This document shows positions 60,401 through 64,000 of a stretch of DNA of 64,000 nt, in pieces. A model generated the notes under the pieces. That model had not been told where the DNA came from. It saw only the letters and a list, made by a program, of their open reading frames with translations, and made no database searches. The position numbers and the translations under genes were made by a program. The stretch's first letter is position 1, and every line of letters begins with the position of its first letter. Source of the stretch: a virus; the IMG/VR virus record IMGVR_UViG_3300042940_003205, positions 1 through 64,000 of that record; one strand, 5' to 3'.

Positions 60401-63400
60401 AAGATATTGACCTAAAAATAATAGCTCCAGGATCAGCATATCCTACATTAATAACTTGAGGAGCCTGATCTGTTATGGAATAAGAATTGTATTTTGTGCC
60501 AACAAATGCTTTTGATAAAGTTGAAAAATTAGCATCAGTTTTTGCATGTCCATCTATAAAAGGATGCCAAGAAAATTTATTCCTCATATCTGTATTTGCA
60601 GAAATAAGGTTGTCGTAATAATGAGAATTAGTAGAATTAGAATTTGAGCTTCTTTCTGTAAATAGGAAAGTATTAACTCTGTAAGTTTGATTGATGTGAG
60701 TTTCTGAACTGACTAAAACAGGAAATTCTCCTCTTAAACTTACACCAGTTCCAGTGACGGTATTAAAACCAACTGGATATTTTTCATATTGTTTACTAAA
60801 GAAAGAGTCAGTGGAAATGATTGCTGTTTGATTTTCTTGTCCAGGTTTTGTTGAAGGCACAGTGTAGGCAATAACGATTGATTTTTCAAAACCAGATTCG
60901 CAAGCTGTGACATTTGTAGCAACATTTTGTTTTCCTCCCTTAAAAGATGCTCTTTCTCTTTTAGATTGAGACATATTTCTGTTTGTACTTCTGTAATCTG
61001 AAGGAGTTGGAAAATTTTTGGATCTTTCTAATTCAATGTAATGGTCTATTTTATTTTTTCCATAAATAGAACCAGTTTCAAAGAATCCTTTCGCATCGGA
61101 TTCAGATGATCCAACGTTCAATCTCGAGACAGATTCTATAAGATTTGCTTTTCTTAAGTTATCTGGTGTGCTTTTTTGAGGAGGTAGTATTAAGCCATAA
61201 CCAGGACCTCTCGCAATCAATCCACCTCTAAGATGTAATGTTGATTCTTGGACTGTGCCATCATCATTTCTCAAGGATGTATTGCCAAATAAATCAGGTT
61301 TACCGGGAGGAAAGTCTGCATTTATTCTATGAAATATAGTTTGTGCCAAGATGTTTTGTAATTGATTGAAATTGACATCAATAGCTTGAATGTAGCTTGT
61401 CCCACTGCCAGAATTTTTACCACTTGGAACTGCTAATAGGCCACCTCCAAAAATCCATGTAGCATAGCCGGTTTCTGAATTCAAATACTCAGGATCTAAA
61501 TTATATGTTGTTATAGTTTGTCCAGTGATAGGATCAATCGTTTCTCTTTTAGGTACTTTTTGTGCTTTCCAACCTGGATGTCTGTAGACAGATGAATAAG
61601 CATTTGATGAATTCAACCATCTTGGAGCAACATAGCTGTCTTTTTTGTTTATACTATCGCAAAGATCTGAAATTGATTTTGGATTGAGACTAATTTGATC
61701 CTCACCTGTGACAGATCCAGTCGTTATTTGCCAGTCAATATCGCCTTCTTCTTCGTCTCTGCTATCAGTATTTTGTTGCCAAAATCTTCTAGTGAAATAT
61801 GAAGTTTCTAAAGTCGTTGATGGTTTGAATCTTGTTTGAGATTCAAATGTATTATTATTTCCTGAATAAACAAAATTGGATAAAGAATTGTTTCTTATTA
61901 ATTTTATCTCTCCAAGTTCTAAAGCATCTGAAATAAGTTCGATTTTCTTAATTCTTGAAATTCCATAATAAGGTCCGTTAGAAGCTTCATCTTCTGGAAA
62001 ATCATCTATAGCATTTACTTCATTGTCGCTTACTATATTTGTTGCAATGTTGGTTCTTATTTCAGTGTCAACGGGAAAAGTAAATTCAACTAACTTAGGT
62101 GGAACTAATGAAATTACTGGTGCATTAGTTGAATAATAATTATATTGACCATTAGTTTGATAGGGTATACCATCGTAATCAGGCACATCATTAATTGCTA
62201 ACTTTGCGTACTCAAGAGTGGCTACATACTGATTGCCAAACTTATTTATTGTTTTGAATTTTACGAAAATTGTCCTAAAACTATCATCACTTTCGCTATC
62301 ATAAAAACAAAATTTGATGTTTGTATTATTAGAAACAAATCTTAAGTTTGGATCAAAAGTTTCAAAATTTACTCTAAGAAATGTTTTTCCAGAATTTAAG
62401 GTATCATTAACATACTCAATAATTTTATATTTTTTGCTTACTTTAGTTGTTGGATTTTCTAACAATATTGCATCATATGGAACAATTATATTATTTTCAT
62501 ATGCAGTAATTGGATTAACAAACATTATTGTTGAGCCATCAACATAATCTGCAGTTAATTTAGTTATATTCTCAGAAACATCAGGAACACCAGGGTCATA
62601 ATCATAAATTTGATACTCATCTGGGTAATTTCCGTTTTTGTCTTTTTTTATAAAATCTTCAATAGTTTTATTTTTTGTAATATCATTTTGCGGTATATAA
62701 AGATATAATGTTTTTCTATAATCAGGATTTCTAGAATTAGATCCTTCTAATCCATTCCAGTATCTAGCAAGCTTTATTCTGCCATTATAAACTCTTGGTT
62801 TTCCATAAATAACGTTAGTCCCACCAATGCTTGGAAATTTTCGAGTATTTACTTCAAAATAATCTACCACTTCCGAAGTTTTATCAGTAAGATAAATGTA
62901 TCCAGAATCAATAATTCTTTGCTTGATTGTTTGATCTATCCATTCTTTTGAAGAACTTATGAGTGAAGGTTTTACAATCAAAAAATCATCTTTTGGTCTA
63001 TTGCTTTGCGCTAAAAATCCCAAAACATCTGATTCTTGAGGTCTAGATGTAGTGTAAGTATTTAGTCTCGGATAAGGAGAATCTTGATTGTCTACAAAAT
63101 CAATTTTATTATTAGGATTACAAAGATCAATAATTATATTTTCAAAAGTTTTGGATTTTGTTGACACAGACCAAGTTTTTATATCTTCATTTGTTCGAGT
63201 ATCCCCCTCTATCGAAGGACCCTTAGAAGTAGATGTGATATCAAAATTTGAACTATGATTTTCACCATCCTTTGAACGAATTTGAATACTTAAGTATCTA
63301 TATCCTGATAAATTTTCTGCACCATAAAAATATGGATTTTGAGCTGTCCCACTGTAATTTCTTAGATTTCCTGTTCCCATCAAAAGCAAACTTGGCTCTT

Positions 63401-64000
63401 GATACAAGGACATGGCGTTGAACTTCCATCCCCTCAATGGAATTGGAACAGGATTACTTGTAAGCTCATAACCATCTAAAGTAAGTATTTGATTGAGCTC
63501 ATTAATGTTGGTACAACCATTAACTTGCACCCATTTATCAGGGTAATCATAATGATCAACAGGCATTTCAGTTGTATCAAATTTTTCTTTTGATAAATTG
63601 TTATCTAAAACTGCATGTATCCATTTTTGCCTATTATCAAATTTTAATTTGCTTCCAGGCTTTGGTCCAACTTTTCCTGTACGATTATCAGAAGCAATCA
63701 TTTCTATGATTTCATAAAATCTATAAGTTTGACTTCCTGATATTATGCCATTAGTTGTTTCTACTTTTTGGAAAGTAGGAAAAGGATATTCTCTTCTTTT
63801 GTAAGAAAATGTTTCACCCTTGCTATCGAAACCAACAATATACGCTGTTAATTTATCAGAATAATTTTCTTTCCATTGTTTAATTGAGCTTTCAAAAGTT
63901 GCTTTTCTTGATGCTTGAGTTATCATTTCAAATCTTGCAAATGATTTGGGGTTAGGGTCGCCAAAAGTTGCATCAGGATGTGCTTTTACATCAAAGAATT
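54480..64000 (-). CDS. Giant (>3170 aa, 5'-truncated) tail-tip/adhesin protein with 14 PKD domains and a C-terminal RCC1/BLIP-II-like propeller
   Basis: Frame stays open from ATG 63926 to the window edge (FFDVKAHPDATFGDPNPKSFARFE); W(N/D)FGD PKD repeats; AAGLRHTL...GSNSNGQLG RCC1 repeats. Confidence 0.8.
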   Translation of the reverse strand, partial: FFDVKAHPDATFGDPNPKSFARFEMITQASRKATFESSIKQWKENYSDKLTAYIVGFDSKGETFSYKRREYPFPTFQKVETTNGIISGSQTYRFYEIIEMIASDNRTGKVGPKPGSKLKFDNRQKWIHAVLDNNLSKEKFDTTEMPVDHYDYPDKWVQVNGCTNINELNQILTLDGYELTSNPVPIPLRGWKFNAMSLYQEPSLLLMGTGNLRNYSGTAQNPYFYGAENLSGYRYLSIQIRSKDGENHSSNFDITSTSKGPSIEGDTRTNEDIKTWSVSTKSKTFENIIIDLCNPNNKIDFVDNQDSPYPRLNTYTTSRPQESDVLGFLAQSNRPKDDFLIVKPSLISSSKEWIDQTIKQRIIDSGYIYLTDKTSEVVDYFEVNTRKFPSIGGTNVIYGKPRVYNGRIKLARYWNGLEGSNSRNPDYRKTLYLYIPQNDITKNKTIEDFIKKDKNGNYPDEYQIYDYDPGVPDVSENITKLTADYVDGSTIMFVNPITAYENNIIVPYDAILLENPTTKVSKKYKIIEYVNDTLNSGKTFLRVNFETFDPNLRFVSNNTNIKFCFYDSESDDSFRTIFVKFKTINKFGNQYVATLEYAKLAINDVPDYDGIPYQTNGQYNYYSTNAPVISLVPPKLVEFTFPVDTEIRTNIATNIVSDNEVNAIDDFPEDEASNGPYYGISRIKKIELISDALELGEIKLIRNNSLSNFVYSGNNNTFESQTRFKPSTTLETSYFTRRFWQQNTDSRDEEEGDIDWQITTGSVTGEDQISLNPKSISDLCDSINKKDSYVAPRWLNSSNAYSSVYRHPGWKAQKVPKRETIDPITGQTITTYNLDPEYLNSETGYATWIFGGGLLAVPSGKNSGSGTSYIQAIDVNFNQLQNILAQTIFHRINADFPPGKPDLFGNTSLRNDDGTVQESTLHLRGGLIARGPGYGLILPPQKSTPDNLRKANLIESVSRLNVGSSESDAKGFFETGSIYGKNKIDHYIELERSKNFPTPSDYRSTNRNMSQSKRERASFKGGKQNVATNVTACESGFEKSIVIAYTVPSTKPGQENQTAIISTDSFFSKQYEKYPVGFNTVTGTGVSLRGEFPVLVSSETHINQTYRVNTFLFTERSSNSNSTNSHYYDNLISANTDMRNKFSWHPFIDGHAKTDANFSTLSKAFVGTKYNSYSITDQAPQVINVGYADPGAIIFRSISLNTTNINPPVTDKVIFIDGIAPTYISDFRLLEPINSSGTAYSSFPAVAQLSSREYIVAYTMDKTPRTINFKIISNYRALSKNTLLDLDALTGNTLSDRYNIYGLSSDYDEKLRLFRSVFWCNGGIYYFEYPVSSSSLVSKRSDKIHLIKGKLDENLVTELTNRRNIITYFNSDSDLNAEVPKQKPAIISCKKQEYDGKVLIAYDTGKCYIEAILFHPFTKIIGTRRFDIECVNTIDSTIQDTKPIADIQANPNSGQSALFVNFLSTNSYDPGGSALSYAWNFGDETQSTEENPSHTFINNTISPIIFKVTLIVTNSNGFNSDPASVLITVNPAPINNLSPQAKFSATPTSGDVTLSVSFADQSNPANDGSFIQTYEWDFGDGETAIKFDNLPFTYDYTRAGSFTPTLIVKDNLARLSSKFIGPTINVNGVVNSPPSPSFKWAQTSFAPTLKVQFTDTSSDDEGPIVAWNWNFGDNQTADVQNPEHIYADPGKYRVILTVTDSGGLQASGTIEITVAPPGNNPPIANFLFSQQDRKLVIDFKDTSSDTDGMITSWNWNFGDNSTSAVQNPSHTYFSAGRYEVTLTVTDNGGKSSFITKNVIVSPLVNQAPIISNVTGNQTSFKPLIVKFTETSSDSDGFITQWDWNFGDGHVFSTSDPTLKNPTNIYFFPGTYTVFLTVTDDGLPDGTNKKTSTSSIRFTVAPPPANQPPVALFTVDSNNVLAPAKILFTDTSTDTDGKIVSWLWEFETGSTSFFNAQTYQKTVSHTFTRSGTYPVKLTVTDDGNLQSIYILDIVVKNNPPAAILTASPNPVLSKTQVNFFGNNSFDSDGNITKYAWNFGDGTIISQGKTTESHTYAKPGTYDASLTVTDNIGDSSTANLLINVTNRNPVARITYTTLTVKAPGSLTFNGDTSTDEDGLIASYSWSVSNTVVASTPNATINFTTQGTYVVSLTVTDDLGATNTTSISVNVTPPDNILPIAVLSVDKNSGVINDTFVFDVSSSRDPDGSIILYRLDFGDGTFTQFVNSALISHIYKTVGVFTAKLIVTDNRTGVSLETANSIQVITINNQPPIANFSFSPVNAFTFDPITFIDNSSDPENALSRWSWDYGDGTSFTTNDPLQKNPTKSYNKGNKDYTVSLTVYDNFEISSTTSQIIRINNRKPFAVIATSSTPRNNVITGISPFTVTFDSNSYDLDGTVANYEWYINGLVGTPFTNKSFTYTFNSPRFTPYTVTLKVQDDDGDWSDVVNIGVKVNFPNIPPVAVISANPQSNTSLAPVSVNFSAAGSYDPDNVGGPLIYSWDFGNGSVADQVNATTVYNNPGTYKVSLTVTDNLAATNTATLDYIVKNSKPVAVLDTVPSGITQVQINTSLTYTSQGSYDNDTNQFINGYKWLVDGINQNSNTSTLSTSFSTTSNHVVTLSVFDNLGLESESVSKTIFVVSAPPPPPINKNPVAILGNEPSVSGYIELKVGNSFTFDGTTSYDPEDGSNITFEWSIDGVKSGYNSTFTNQFNTIGIFTVSLLVFDTQKLSSTPTTNLEKRYSVNVNVSAAPNPLANKLFSSGQAFYGAIASGLNTPDRYGFQLVDDTKQYTIIAAGLRHTLVVDVDGKLYASGSNSNGQLGFPSSITQLNSLTLVPLASKYKVVKVSAGDFQSAIIAEDISINKKVLLVCGSNIGGIFGQSLPKTDIYNFQPIIERNITNNGASYTSNNSLQDISCNNQILAFIDNKQVWVAGLHNYTNKTGVVDNGFIPINIDPNPDLQIGSTNYLNPFKLSVGNTSGINSLGGFVSGIGYDIDNQIVWFTGITRLRGWGYAYDISTNNGLINIISATQDQFDRSIVFYELYNNETPQFLGASQLVSSSYPGEYFVKISQGTSALLALSQNHFFAYGVNQNGCMGLPQSFNSSEQYNLQNNLPKYFISSNDSVIGAYDITTAGSHSIILASNVKPTGNNFTVIRPGGYPSVNNLTIYPTTQAAD
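55760..59678 (-). repeat. Tandem array of 14 PKD (Ig-like) domains
   Basis: Each begins N.PP.A, has F...S.D.DG.I..W.W.FGD (or a variant) and ends Y.V.L.VTD. Confidence 0.85.

Noticed and set aside
427-62547. Short (about 60-130 aa) antisense or alternate-frame ORFs in the six-frame track (e.g. 9786-10163, 11308-11664, 15789-16175, 17829-18149, 20261-20593)
   Set aside because: Lie within or across well-supported genes, with no SD or motif; shadow ORFs
63924-63926. ATG 63926 as the true start of the PKD protein
   Set aside because: Frame is open to the window edge with no SD; the gene is likely truncated by the window
1-64000. Stop-codon recoding (TAG/TGA read-through as in some huge phages)
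   Set aside because: Genes are full length in code 11, and TAG/TGA end genes exactly where the next gene or promoter begins
1-64000. Cellular chromosome origin suggested by gyrAB, dnaK, dnaJ and signal peptidase
   Set aside because: No dnaA/recF, grpE/hrcA or ribosomal context; genes are divergent and embedded among phage-type structural genes
1-64000. CRISPR array, tRNA/rRNA, IS elements, diversity-generating retroelement
   Set aside because: No nucleotide-level repeat-spacer array, cloverleaf, transposase, reverse transcriptase or TR/VR pair seen; intergenic space is minimal. Not machine-scanned

Overview
AT-rich window (roughly 30% GC by eye) with dense coding in standard code 11. It reads as part of a very large (jumbo/huge) tailed-phage genome. 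No capsid, terminase, rRNA, tRNA, CRISPR or IS element is visible. Plus strand 1-16.8 kb: PIN-PhoH, a 1941-aa repeat-rich virion protein, two acidic putative head-internal proteins, a complete gyrB-gyrA DNA gyrase operon, small tail proteins and two paralogous tail-tube-like proteins. Minus strand 16.8-25.7 kb: a protein folding/processing island. It holds an intracellular-type subtilisin, signal peptidase I, a trypsin-like protease, DnaJ, a holin-like protein, an SF2 helicase, a Zn-ribbon protein, DnaK, a MerC-like protein and a degenerate DUF151, with one unannotated 25-aa plus-strand micro-gene inside it. Minus strand 25.7-64 kb: about 38 kb of giant adsorption/baseplate genes (vWA, beta-propellers, PA14, SwmB-like repeats, hub-like protein, and a 5'-truncated >3170-aa protein with 14 PKD domains plus an RCC1-like propeller). 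Best candidate for an undescribed system: a self-contained phage proteostasis module, made of an Hsp70 lacking the GrpE-dependence signatures, a remodelled DnaJ and three serine-protease classes in tandem. It comes with a two-tier regulatory grammar read from the sequence: a repeated AWAGG-N17/18-RRGAAT putative late promoter, leaderless TANNNT-N6/7-ATG starts, and a covarying GATAAATT hairpin at two promoters. All functional calls come from motif recognition only; no database search was run.
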